Positions 1 to 9,547 of a stretch of DNA of 64,000 bases are shown here, one piece after another. This DNA is from Vulcanimicrobiota bacterium. Its GTDB lineage: Bacteria; Vulcanimicrobiota; Vulcanimicrobiia; Vulcanimicrobiales; Vulcanimicrobiaceae. Below the pieces are notes generated by a model. That model had not been told where the DNA came from. It saw only the letters and a list, made by a program, of their open reading frames with translations, and searched no databases. The stretch spans positions 1,824,001 through 1,888,000 of the forward strand of contig CAVTCS010000003.1 in NCBI GenBank assembly GCA_963733295.1. The letters run 5' to 3'. The translations under genes were made by a program, and so were the position numbers. Positions within the stretch are counted from its first letter, which is position 1. Each line of letters starts with the position of its first letter.

Positions 1-1112
1 CTGAGAAGACCGTTGAGATGGCCTTGGGGAAAGATCGTGCGCAGGACCGCGGTCTGCTCGGTCAGGTTGAAATCGAGGGACTTCTGATCGGTTTGCGAGA
101 GGTCGATGTGCTTGTAGGAGTAACCCGCTTGACCCAACGGACCGGCCAGCGCGATGTCGCTGAGGTTCTTGACGGTGCTCGTGAACTTGTCCCAATCGTC
201 GGGCTTATTGGGATCCGGCGGCGCCAGGCTCGACTGAAAGAAATTGTTCTTGACCAGCTCGTAGCATTCCGAGACAGCCCGGTCGCGGTCCGAGACGCCG
301 GTTGCTCCCAGATCCGAATCTGTCGTGTACGACGAAACCTGGATGTTGATGACCTGATCCTCGATCAGCTTATCGACCGTCTTCTCGATGTCGCTCGAGA
401 CAAAGAGAAAACCGCCACCGTATTGAGTATCGAGATAAGTCTGCACGCGGTTCCAGTCGGCGGTGAGTTGAACGTGAAAGGCAGGCCGCAGGCCCAGGAA
501 TTGCAGCGAATAGATGACGGCGACCGGCGCCATCTCACCCTGCAGCGCCGCTTCGAGAACCGTCGCGCCGTATTGGTCGAGCTGGACGGAGAAGGTCGCT
601 TGATTGTCGCCGTAGAGCGCGGGCTTCGTCGCGTTCTGCACTTTGATCACGAATTGCGGCCCGGACGCGGCCGGCGCCATCACCGCCGTCGCGGCTGCGC
701 CGCTACTCGCGCCGGCCGGTCCGCCGGACGGCGCCGCCGCACCGCCCGTGGCCGGCGGACTTGCGCTTTGCGCTCCGAGGATCAGCAGGTCGACCGAACC
801 ATCGACGAACGTCACCGGCGAGAGCCGCGGTTGCCCGGTCAGCTTCGCCTGCTGCTGGAGTTGACTGCTCACTTCGCTCAGCGCGTCCTGATCGATCCCG
901 ATGTTGACGTCGAAATTGAGGAATCCGCCGGTTCCGGCAGCTCCCTCGTACTCGATCAGTTGCAGCTGTGGCGTGGCGACGTTCGTCTTCGGGTCGGTCA
1001 CCATCGTCAGGTGCGGCATCATCGGGAGGTAGTAGAACTGCAACGGATCTTTGTCGTCGGGGAAGACCGAGACTCCGTTGATCACAAAATACGGCGAGTT
1101 GAGGTACAGCAT
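1..1112 (-). CDS. Large uncharacterised protein, paralog 4 of the left-end operon (partial, runs off window)
   Basis: Absent from the ORF track because it is truncated. My translation from ATG 1112 gives MLYLNSPYFVINGVSVFPDDKDPLQFYYLPMMPHL...GGFLNFDVNIG...KPALYGDNQATFSVQLDQYGATVL, open to the window edge and collinear with the N-terminus of 1139..3436. Confidence 0.85.
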   Translation of the reverse strand, partial: MLYLNSPYFVINGVSVFPDDKDPLQFYYLPMMPHLTMVTDPKTNVATPQLQLIEYEGAAGTGGFLNFDVNIGIDQDALSEVSSQLQQQAKLTGQPRLSPVTFVDGSVDLLILGAQSASPPATGGAAAPSGGPAGASSGAAATAVMAPAASGPQFVIKVQNATKPALYGDNQATFSVQLDQYGATVLEAALQGEMAPVAVIYSLQFLGLRPAFHVQLTADWNRVQTYLDTQYGGGFLFVSSDIEKTVDKLIEDQVINIQVSSYTTDSDLGATGVSDRDRAVSECYELVKNNFFQSSLAPPDPNKPDDWDKFTSTVKNLSDIALAGPLGQAGYSYKHIDLSQTDQKSLDFNLTEQTAVLRTIFPQGHLNGLL

Positions 1113-1138
1113 AACGGTGCTCCGATCGCGAGCGGCGC

Positions 1139-3436
1139 TTAGGGTCCGGTGAGGACGAGGTCGGTGTCGCTCGACGTGACCGGCGCCTGCTTTACCACCT
1201 GCGGCGGCGTCGTCGCTAAGTAGTAGGTCGCCGTATACGTGTAGGCGGTCTTCGTCGGATCCTTCGTATAGAAGGTCCAGGTCGCCGGGGTTGCGCCGGT
1301 CGGCTTGAGCACGATCTCCTGCGCGAGCGAGAGATTGTTGGCGGTATCGGTGTATTGAAACTCGATCTGGGCCAGCTTGATCTTCGTGAAATCGAGCAGC
1401 GCCGGATCGGGCGTGACGGTGACGATCTTCTGGTTAGGCGGCCCGAAGGTGACGAGGCTCGCCGTCGTCGTCGTGCTCGGAATGTCCAGCGTCGTGTTGT
1501 CGGTGTTCGTTACGACGCCCGAGTAGCTGAGCTGCCCGTTGCTGCCGGGGATCACGAGGAACGTCCAGTCGTGGCTGCGGTTGGCGGAGCTGAACTGGTA
1601 TTCGGAAGCCTGCTGATAGTTGTAGGTGGTGTCGGCGTAGGTCATCTTCAGGAAGATGTTGTTGATTTCGTTCGTGAAGTCGCCCTCGGCGAGGAAGCTC
1701 ACCGTCTTCGGAATGAACAGATTGTTGATGAACAGCTCGCGCGTGTTGTCGGACTGCCAGGGCTTGACGACTTGCGTGCCGTCGGCTAAAACGTAGGTGA
1801 CCTGGTATTGGTACTGCTTGTCGACCGTCTTGAGCATGACGACGGCCATCGACGCCGTCCGATTGTTGGTATCGAACGAGAACTGACGGCTCACTGCCGC
1901 GCCGCTCGGATCGGGATCGGGATATTTGAGCGCGACTTGAACCTGCGGAACCTTCGTGAAGTCGACGTTGCTGACGGTGATGTTCACGAAAAGGACGCCC
2001 AAGGTTCCGACGTCGATCGTCGTCACGAGATCCTGCGTCGTGTAGACCGGCGAGGCATACGGCTGATTCTCGTCGACGTAATTGACCTTGAACGAGTAGC
2101 CGTAGTGCATGTCGCCGCCGGTCGTGTCTGAGTCGAACTTGAGAACGTCGTCCGGCCCGGTGAAGTGGAAACCTTCGACCGTGGGCGGCGTGCTCTTCGG
2201 ATAGGTGCAGTTGAGGTCGACGCTCTGAATGAGGAACTTCTGGTAGTCGGCGTTGACCATCAGCGTCGCGTGGATTTGCGCGAAGAAGGGGTCGTTCGCG
2301 TTGATCGTCTCGATATAGTTGCTGAAGTTGGGCACGTTCGGCAGCGTGCCTTGCTGGACGGTTTCGTAAACGATGCTGTCGTCTTGTTCATAGTATTCGT
2401 TGAAGTTGAACACAGCTAGGCTCGACTCGTTACGGCTGACGTTCTTCATCCCGTCGTCGCTGCGGTCCGATCCGAGGTCCGCGCCGGTGTTGCTGCCGGT
2501 CACGCCTCCGCTCGAGCTTCCCGAGGACGAGCCGGAAGAACCGTTGCTCGTCGAGCCGGTCGAACTCGCCGGGGTGCTGCTCGAACTCGAAGTTTGGCCA
2601 CTCGCACCGAGCACGTTCTGCGCTGCGATGTTGAGCTGTTGGAAACCCCAGTTCGTAAGGTCGCTTTGCATCTTGGCGACGTTGGGATCGGTCATGTCCA
2701 TGCCGGTGAAGTCGAACTTCACGCCGCCCGAATCCGATTGGATGAAAGCCTCGCGCATCGTCTCGTTCTCGGTGTTGTCGCCGCTGTCCCAACTGCCGCC
2801 GCTCTTGTTGATCGTCTGATAGAACGAGGCGAACTTGACGGCGTCGAACCAGACGTTTCCGGTGACGGGCGGCAGCGCCGCCGCGTAGCTGAGATCGTAC
2901 GCGATCTGGATGACGCCGCCCTGACCGCTGAGCGCCCCTTTCACGACCGCTGCACCTTCGGGTGAAAGCTCGGCCGTGAACGAGCAGATCAGCGAACCGA
3001 GCAGCGAAGGCTTGCCCGCGCTCTCGATCTTCGTGACGAGCGCTCCGCCGCTGTCGAGCAGCGTCAGCGAAGAGGTGCCCTTGATGAAGCTCGGCAGGGA
3101 GATCTTCGCGGTGGCGGGATTGCCTTGTCCGTCCTTGACGTTGTTGGTTTTGAGCATCGCGTCGAGTTGGTTTTGGAGCGCGCTCCTGGTCGTGTTCGAA
3201 AGGACGAAACACGAGTCGAAGATGAGGAAACCGCCGCCCTTGCTGCCGTCGGGACGGTCGACCGGCATCAAGTACTCGATGAAGTTGACGACCGGCTTGT
3301 TGGTCTTCGGGTCGATGCGGATGCTCGGCTCGTTGGGCATGACGTAGAAGATCGTCTGATCGACGGTATCGGCATAGGCCGTGACGGTCGAGCCGGCGCC
3401 GTCGCTGAGGTTGAGTGCGGGATAGAGCTTGAGCAT
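1139..3436 (-). CDS. Large uncharacterised protein (765 aa), paralog 3. Conserved N-terminal domain, Ser/Gly linker and about four C-terminal beta-sandwich-like repeats
   Basis: AAGGAG RBS. Motifs YADTVDQTIFYVMP, GGGFLIFD and KPSLLGS. Repeated Y-x-Y-x-x-x-Y/V units. No signal peptide. Confidence 0.9.
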   Translation of the reverse strand: MLKLYPALNLSDGAGSTVTAYADTVDQTIFYVMPNEPSIRIDPKTNKPVVNFIEYLMPVDRPDGSKGGGFLIFDSCFVLSNTTRSALQNQLDAMLKTNNVKDGQGNPATAKISLPSFIKGTSSLTLLDSGGALVTKIESAGKPSLLGSLICSFTAELSPEGAAVVKGALSGQGGVIQIAYDLSYAAALPPVTGNVWFDAVKFASFYQTINKSGGSWDSGDNTENETMREAFIQSDSGGVKFDFTGMDMTDPNVAKMQSDLTNWGFQQLNIAAQNVLGASGQTSSSSSTPASSTGSTSNGSSGSSSGSSSGGVTGSNTGADLGSDRSDDGMKNVSRNESSLAVFNFNEYYEQDDSIVYETVQQGTLPNVPNFSNYIETINANDPFFAQIHATLMVNADYQKFLIQSVDLNCTYPKSTPPTVEGFHFTGPDDVLKFDSDTTGGDMHYGYSFKVNYVDENQPYASPVYTTQDLVTTIDVGTLGVLFVNITVSNVDFTKVPQVQVALKYPDPDPSGAAVSRQFSFDTNNRTASMAVVMLKTVDKQYQYQVTYVLADGTQVVKPWQSDNTRELFINNLFIPKTVSFLAEGDFTNEINNIFLKMTYADTTYNYQQASEYQFSSANRSHDWTFLVIPGSNGQLSYSGVVTNTDNTTLDIPSTTTTASLVTFGPPNQKIVTVTPDPALLDFTKIKLAQIEFQYTDTANNLSLAQEIVLKPTGATPATWTFYTKDPTKTAYTYTATYYLATTPPQVVKQAPVTSSDTDLVLTGP

Positions 3437-3451
3437 GTCGTCTCCTTAGAG

Positions 3452-5290
3452 TTAAGAGCTTGCCGCGATCGGAACGGGAGCGGAAGCCGGCATCGTGCCG
3501 TCCGCGCCGAGCAACAATGGTTGGAACGGGGATAAAATCGGCGACCAGGCCGCGGCCGGCGCCGGCGGCGCCGCCGAACGGCGGTAGCGATAACCGGGAT
3601 GAAACGGTGACGCGGCGACGTAACCCCAGGTCGAGCTCGGCTGCATCGCGGTGAGCATCAAGAGATCCGGCGTGGCAGCGGCGTCCGCACTTTGTGCTTC
3701 GCTTTGCAGTTCGAGGACGAGCGCGCCGTCCGCGCTGCCCAGATCGGCCCGGACCTCGATCGTGTGCGGACCGTACTCGCGAAAGAGCGGCAGGTCGACG
3801 TTGATGCGGCCGGGTTGCGTCGGCGCAAGCGCGAGCGGCGCGCCGCCGTCGTTCGGCTGCGCGCTGAGTTGCAGCGAAGCATCGACGGCTTCGCGCGGGA
3901 TCCCGACCGAGAGACTCGGCGTCGCCGGCGTGAGCGTGAACTGTTGCGCCGCGATGCGGCCGCCGTACGTGTATTGCAGCGCAACGGTCAGCGTGGCGAG
4001 CGCGAGCAACCGATCCGCTGCGGTGACGTGCGCGAAGGTTACCAGAAAATCGTCCGCCGTCAGCGTGACCCACGCGTCGCTGCACGGACGGGCTGCAGGC
4101 GCGTCGAGTTCGACCGGCAGCGCACCCGGCACGGCAAGCAATGCGAAACTTCGCACGCCGTAGCCGAACGCTTCGCCGGGGCTCAAATGCAGAACGGCCG
4201 AAGCGCGGTCCGAGGGCTCCGCGAGCACGACTTGCACGCTCGAGCTCGCGGGGCGGAAGGGCGGGTTTGCGGCCAACTCAATGTTCGCGCCGATCGCCGG
4301 AACGCCGTTTCGATTGGGCGGCAGATTGGCCGTGACGTCGATGCTGTAGACGCCGGCCTCGAGCGGCGGCGCCACGATCTCTTTGACGAAGAAGTCGAGC
4401 CCGTTCTTGGCAACCGCGGCCCGCAGATCGCTCGTCGCGTCCAGCTCGAGCACCCATTGTCGATACGCGAGCGCGGGCAGGCTCAGATCCCACGCGATCG
4501 TGCCCGGCGTCAACTGCGCGACGTCGACGAAGGCGACGGTCGCGGGATCGCTGAGTCCGGGCGCCGCGGTCAGCGACGCGAACGCGGCGATGACGCGATC
4601 GGCCATGGCCTGCGCGAATTCGGCTGCGATCGTTCCGCTGGTTTTCAGCGGCAGAGCGGTGGCTTGCGTAAACGCTGCGAGCACGTCGGCGACCGCCATC
4701 GTGCGCGACGTCTTCCCTGCCAACAGCGCCGTCAGCAGTGCGACCGGGTCGAACTGGACCGAAGCCTGAGTGCGCTGCGCGACGCCTGCCGCGTCGAATT
4801 CGAGCCGCACGCCGAGGAGCAGCGAACCGCCCGCGAGCGAACCTTTGACCAACTCGCCCGCATCGGCCGAGAGCCGCGGCGTCCAGCGTGCGCCGTCCGG
4901 GCTGAGCCAGCCCAGCGGAACCGGTGTCAGGAGATCCGCCGCCGGCACGACTTGCGTCGTCGTCGGATAGAGGCGTGCGAAACCCGAATGAATCGAGAGC
5001 GGCTGCACGGTCGCGTCAGCGACGCTGGAGCGCACCGCAGCGAGCGCCGCATCGAGCGGAAAGTCCCAGCCGACCGTCAGGTCGAGCACCGCGTGCGAAC
5101 CGCTCGCCGTCAAGTCGCCCATTTGTTCGAACAGCTCGAGCAACACTTTGGGATTACCGTTCGCGTCGCTCGCGAGCGTCGCGCGCTGCGGTACCACGGC
5201 GTAGCTTCCGCCGGAGAACGGCGCAAACGTGGTGGCGGCGTCGCTCGACGCGAGCGTTGCAAAATCGGGCAAACCCGCGAGCGCCTCCAT
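3452..5290 (-). CDS. Large uncharacterised protein (612 aa), paralog 2
   Basis: Start directly abuts the upstream stop. Divergent version of the shared N-terminal motif (SYAVVPQRATLASDANGNPKVLLEL...AVLDLTVG) and C-terminal GYRYR. Confidence 0.85.
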   Translation of the reverse strand: MEALAGLPDFATLASSDAATTFAPFSGGSYAVVPQRATLASDANGNPKVLLELFEQMGDLTASGSHAVLDLTVGWDFPLDAALAAVRSSVADATVQPLSIHSGFARLYPTTTQVVPAADLLTPVPLGWLSPDGARWTPRLSADAGELVKGSLAGGSLLLGVRLEFDAAGVAQRTQASVQFDPVALLTALLAGKTSRTMAVADVLAAFTQATALPLKTSGTIAAEFAQAMADRVIAAFASLTAAPGLSDPATVAFVDVAQLTPGTIAWDLSLPALAYRQWVLELDATSDLRAAVAKNGLDFFVKEIVAPPLEAGVYSIDVTANLPPNRNGVPAIGANIELAANPPFRPASSSVQVVLAEPSDRASAVLHLSPGEAFGYGVRSFALLAVPGALPVELDAPAARPCSDAWVTLTADDFLVTFAHVTAADRLLALATLTVALQYTYGGRIAAQQFTLTPATPSLSVGIPREAVDASLQLSAQPNDGGAPLALAPTQPGRINVDLPLFREYGPHTIEVRADLGSADGALVLELQSEAQSADAAATPDLLMLTAMQPSSTWGYVAASPFHPGYRYRRSAAPPAPAAAWSPILSPFQPLLLGADGTMPASAPVPIAASS

Positions 5291-7428
5291 CTACGAGCCG
5301 GCCTGCACGTAAAACGAATCCTGATTCGAGGTGACCGGAGTGCCTTGCGTCGTTCCGGCACCGGTGATGACGTCGACGCGGTACGTGTAGTTCGACGTAT
5401 CGCCGGACTGCAGTACGTACGCTTCGACCGGCACCGAAAGCGAGATCGTCTGCGTCATCACGCCGTTCACGGCCGGAATCGACGGGTCGAAGTTCGCGGT
5501 TTGTCCGTCGGCGAAGACGACCTGCACCGCCATGATCGGCGGCGACGTGGCCGGCGCGGGAGCGCTGCTCGCCGCAGGAGCGGTGCCGGCGCCTACCGGC
5601 GCGGCGGTTGCGGCCGCAGCGAAGACCGAACTGAAGAGGATGACTTTGATGTCGCGCTTGACCGGTGCAACGACCTGGTTCTGCATGATCGCTTCCCAAA
5701 TCGCAGCCGGATCCGGCTCGACCTGAGTGTTGCTGTAGTCGAACTGCACCGAACACGAGCTGTCGATCGCCTGTCCCGCAGCCAGCTGCATGACGATCGT
5801 CAACGTATCCGGCGCGGGCGCGGCGCTCCCCGACGCGGCCGGTGCGCTTGAGACCGGCTTCAGATCGAGCGGCGGCGCAGGCTTGGTCTGTTGGGTCACG
5901 CTCGTCACCGGCACGCCGCCTTTGAGCAGCACGGCGGGCAAAGCGTCAACGTGAATCGGGCTCTCGATGCCGTTCTCCAGAACGACGGTCAGTTGGTTCT
6001 TGAGCGGATCGAACGAGGTCGTCGAGGCGAAGATGTCGCCGGCAAAATCGGAAGCGCTCGACTCGAACGGAATCTGTTCGACGTCCGAGCCGACCGTCAC
6101 GCTCACGACGCCGGAGAGCAGCTGCGTGACCTTTTCGAACAGCGCGGCGTAGACTTGACGGAACTGTGCCATCGAGAGCGCGAGCGAACACTTGATGCCG
6201 GCGGCGATGTCGATCTGAGCGCCGGCTTGCGCGACGAGGCCGGGCGCAGCCGACGGGTCGCTCGGAGGCACCGTCAGCGAAAGCGCCGTCGTGGTCGCTT
6301 CGAATAGACTGAGCGTGGGAAGCGCCGCCAGCCCGAGCGTCGTCTGAAGCGATTGCGCGGCGGCAGTCAGCCGGTTGGGGTCCCACACGGGAACCGCAAG
6401 AAAGGTCAGCGTGAAGGTGAGCGAGTTCGGATCGTCGCCGTTGGTGCTGACGACGATGCTCGGCGCGTGGGGCGGGGCGGGTTGCCGGCTGATCTTGAAC
6501 GAGTCCGGCAAGAAATATATCTGATTCGGTTGGTTGAGGTCTTGATAGTACGGATAGGAGCGCCCTTGCCAGCTGACTTGCTGGATGTTCCAGGATGGCG
6601 CTCCGCTTCCGATGTCGCTCAAACCGGCAAACACGTTCTTGTCGAGCACCGGATCGAAGCTGAACGGCAGCGTCGAATCGATGGCCGTGACCGCGGCACG
6701 ATAGAGCGGCTGCGCCGGCGGCGGCCCGGATGCCGGCGGAGGCACGGGAGTCGCCACACTGAACGAACGCCGCAGAATTAGTTTCGCTTGCGCCGCTTGA
6801 TCGGTCATCGCGTGATAGATCTGATCGCGGACCGCGGGATCGGTGACGACGAGCGAGAGGACGAGGTCGCCGGCCTCAGTCGTAGCCGTCCCGAAATCCC
6901 AGCTAGCGGCTTGTCCTTGCAGGTTCGCCGTCAACATGTAGCGTGTCGCGCTCGGAACGATCGCCGCGTTCCCTTGCGCGAGCGTCGTGGGACTGACGTC
7001 GGCGAGGTGTACCATCAGCGTGAAGCCCGCGGCGGTGGGCGCGAAGGTGACCCAGCGCTGCGAGGAGCCGCCGCTGCCTCGGGTCGCGACCGCGTACTGC
7101 TGCAGATAGTGTTTCTTCGTCGCGTCTTGCGGCTCTTCGAAAAGCGTCGAATCGACGGGCGGCGCGACGGGTGAAATCAAAGTCGGCAGCGCGAAACCGC
7201 TGCGCGGCTGCGGCGTGCCGAGGAACCACCCGAAGGACGGGTTGCGCATGTAGATGAGCGAGGGATTGAACGTGCTGCGCGTGGCCGAGGTCGCAACCGC
7301 GGTCGGAAACATCACGGGCCGCATAACGGCAGTCGGCGCCGTCACCGGCGCGGCTTGGGTAACCGGCCGTGGCGCGAACGTATGAAGCGTCATGAAGTTC
7401 GGCATGCTCAGTACCGCCCGTGGGCCAT
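5291..7428 (-). CDS. Large uncharacterised protein, paralog 1 (first gene of operon). Probable start 7428 with a frameshift, or 7405
   Basis: Internal YYQDLNQPNQIYFLPDSFKI motif and C-terminal NYTYRVDV. The GGAGG RBS (7435-7439) serves ATG 7428, which is out of frame with ATG 7405. Confidence 0.8.
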
Positions 7429-7469
7429 GTTCTGCCTCCGAGATTCGAGGAAGGACTGCTTCTGGGGTG

Positions 7470-7501
7470 ATGCTAGGCGACGGGGCGTCCTCAAAACGTC
7501 C
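7470..7501 (-). promoter_or_regulatory. Shared promoter motif copy 1: GGACG-ttttga-GGAC-N11-TAGCAT
   Basis: 11-bp-period direct repeat followed by a -10-like hexamer upstream of the paralog operon. Matches three other copies. Confidence 0.75.
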
Positions 7502-7652
7502 CGCAGCAAACAGCGCGACTGCGGCAGCATTGCCGGTCCCGCAACTTGAATTTGCGCCGATCGAAAATCCGGCCTTATCAGGAATCGCACACTTGCCTGA
7601 GGCGCACTCATGCGGAACGCCTGACGCGGATGTTGCAAGTGTTGACGGCGGA

Positions 7653-7668
7653 TGTGATCTGGAACACA
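7653..7668. promoter_or_regulatory. CRP/FNR-family-like operator TGTGA-tctgga-ACACA
   Basis: One mismatch to the TGTGA-N6-TCACA core, located in the divergent intergenic region. Confidence 0.55.
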
Positions 7669-7721
7669 ATTTTGCGCGACCACGCGCAGTAGGGCATCCG
7701 TCGCGGCGGGGTACTTCGTGA

Positions 7722-7761
7722 GAAAGCGCCGCGCGCGAAGTCGCACGCGGCGGGCGTTTTT
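7722..7761. terminator. GC-rich hairpin with flanking T tracts (terminator-like)
   Basis: Minus strand CGCCGCGTGCGA-CT-TCGCGCGCGGCG followed by CTTTCT. Plus strand followed by TTTTT. The transcript it would terminate is unclear. Confidence 0.35.
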
Positions 7762-7858
7762 AAATAGGCCGAGAGTGCAGCTCGTCCGACGTGCTCCTCG
7801 ATTGCGTGATCGCGCCTTGCGAGTCCGAAAGCGCGTGCAGCGATCCTAGCGCAGCATT

Positions 7859-7897
7859 GTCAAGGAATGGTGAAGAGATCGTCAAGGAATTTTCAAC
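7859..7897 (+). promoter_or_regulatory. 11-bp-period direct-repeat array GTCAAG/GTGAAG/GTCAAG/TTCAAC (OmpR-type box)
   Basis: Hexamers start at 7859, 7870, 7881 and 7892. Confidence 0.55.
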
Positions 7898-7956
7898 GTC
7901 GCTTTCGCGCGCGTGTTTCCGCTTGGAATGAATGCGAGCAAGCGACGAAACGGCGA

Positions 7957-7987
7957 GGACGTTTTCAGGACACTTGCGGTGTAGGAT
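7957..7987 (+). promoter_or_regulatory. Shared promoter motif copy 2: GGACG-ttttca-GGAC-N10-TAGGAT
   Basis: Upstream of the AGGAGG RBS of SLT-A. Confidence 0.75.
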
Positions 7988-8010
7988 GAGCGGGCAGGAG
8001 GTAAACCGCA

Positions 8011-8574
8011 ATGGCTTTATTGAGCGTCGCTCAAGTTGCTGCCAAGGGCGCACAGCAGCGCCCGGACTTTAAGATTTCGTGGCGCCCGGCGCTAGCCGCG
8101 TATGCGGCACAATATACGGCTGCAGCGAAGGCAACCGATCTCGTGCAGCCGTGCATGCTGGCCGCGATCGTCTGCCGGGAAACCGGCGGACAGAATATTT
8201 TGCAGATCGGCATGCCGCCCGGCGCCGGCTGCGGGGTCGGCTTGACCCAGATTACGAGCGGCGTCGACTGGAGCGTCTCGAGCGCTCCAACCTATCCGGG
8301 CTACGGACCGCTGCTCGACCCGCAAACGAACCTTAAGGTCTGCGCGGTCGAGTTTCTCGAACCGCTTCTCAACATGTTTTCCGACAATCACATCGCGGCA
8401 TTTGCCGCGTACAACGTCGGTGCGGGCAACGTGCAAGAGGAGCTCAAGGAAGGGGTCAGTCCCGACGCCTGGACGACGGGGCACGACTATGGGACGTCGG
8501 TCTTCGAGTCGTGGATCAACTTCACCGCGGCCTCGTGCGGCGACAACGTCGACTGGGCCAGCTACAAACCCTAA
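8011..8574 (+). CDS. Lytic transglycosylase, SLT/GH23 family (copy A)
   Basis: AAIVCRETGG (catalytic Glu), GVGLTQI, DPQTNL and AAYNVGAGNV motifs. AGGAGG RBS. No signal peptide. Confidence 0.85.
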   Translation: MALLSVAQVAAKGAQQRPDFKISWRPALAAYAAQYTAAAKATDLVQPCMLAAIVCRETGGQNILQIGMPPGAGCGVGLTQITSGVDWSVSSAPTYPGYGPLLDPQTNLKVCAVEFLEPLLNMFSDNHIAAFAAYNVGAGNVQEELKEGVSPDAWTTGHDYGTSVFESWINFTAASCGDNVDWASYKP

Positions 8575-8588
8575 TCCCGGAGGTCGGC

Positions 8589-9530
8589 ATGACCGGACAG
8601 ATCGGAAGCATTCTCGACGCCGCGCTCGTCCTCTCCGCGCTCTTTGTCGCCCTGAGTTGCGTTTGCTCGTTCGTCAACGAGCAGATCGCCGCGCTCTTGA
8701 GTTGGCGCGGACAAAAGCTCTACCTCGGCATCTTGAATTTGGTGAGCGGGACGGTGCCGCTGGTCGACGCCGTTTTTGCACATCCCTTGCTCGATGCCTC
8801 GTCAAACGACAAGAGCGGAATCTACCGCAAGAACTCGCCCAACCGGCCGTCCTACGTCGACGCGCGCAATTTTTCGATGGCCTTCTGGCAGAGCGTGCTC
8901 GCGGGCAAAGCCGCCCTGCCTGCCGGCTCGCCGGCTGTGGGCGCGGCCGCGACGGCCATCGTTACCGAGCCCAAAGTGTTTCTCGATGCGGTCCGCCAGA
9001 ACGCCCAAGCGATTCCCGACGAATCGCTACGGGCCAGCGTCTCCTCGCTGCTCGTTACCGCCGGCGACGACTACGAGAAGTTGCTCAAGGCCACCGATGC
9101 GTGGTTCAACGCCCAGATGGATCGCGTCTCGGGCTGGTACCGCCGGCAAACCCAGTACGTGCTGATCGGCATCGCCGCGATCGTGGTCATCGGCACGGGG
9201 CTGGACAGCATCGAGATCGGCAAGCATCTCTACGCCACGCCGATTGCGCTCAGCGCGGCCGCCGCGTCGATTCAGGGCGCCTTCCCGAACGGACAAGCCG
9301 ATCCGGCGAAACTGCAAGCGGCCTACACGACGGTGCTGGCGGGTGAAAACATGCAGCAGTTCCTTCACCCGCTCTTCCAAGATTTCGGCACGCACTATCC
9401 CGGCATGATCGCAACGTTAATCGCGCTTTCGCTGGGAACGCCGTTCTGGTTCGACGCACTGGGCAAACTCGTCAACGTCCGGATGGCCGGCGCCAAGCCG
9501 CCCTCCGCCCCTTCCTCTTCATCGACATAA
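8589..9530 (+). CDS. Conserved uncharacterised membrane protein
   Basis: GGAGG RBS before ATG 8589. Hydrophobic N-terminal helix, PSYVD, WFNAQMDRVSGWYRR and SLGTPFWFD motifs, about three TM segments. Confidence 0.8.
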   Translation: MTGQIGSILDAALVLSALFVALSCVCSFVNEQIAALLSWRGQKLYLGILNLVSGTVPLVDAVFAHPLLDASSNDKSGIYRKNSPNRPSYVDARNFSMAFWQSVLAGKAALPAGSPAVGAAATAIVTEPKVFLDAVRQNAQAIPDESLRASVSSLLVTAGDDYEKLLKATDAWFNAQMDRVSGWYRRQTQYVLIGIAAIVVIGTGLDSIEIGKHLYATPIALSAAAASIQGAFPNGQADPAKLQAAYTTVLAGENMQQFLHPLFQDFGTHYPGMIATLIALSLGTPFWFDALGKLVNVRMAGAKPPSAPSSSST

Positions 9531-9547
9531 CGTCAAGGAGAACAACG

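Noticed and set aside
18..1142. 374-aa plus-strand ORF, and similar long ORFs 3692..5851, 2430..4085 and 23424..24893
   Set aside because: Arg-rich antisense or off-frame shadows of well-supported genes in high-GC DNA.
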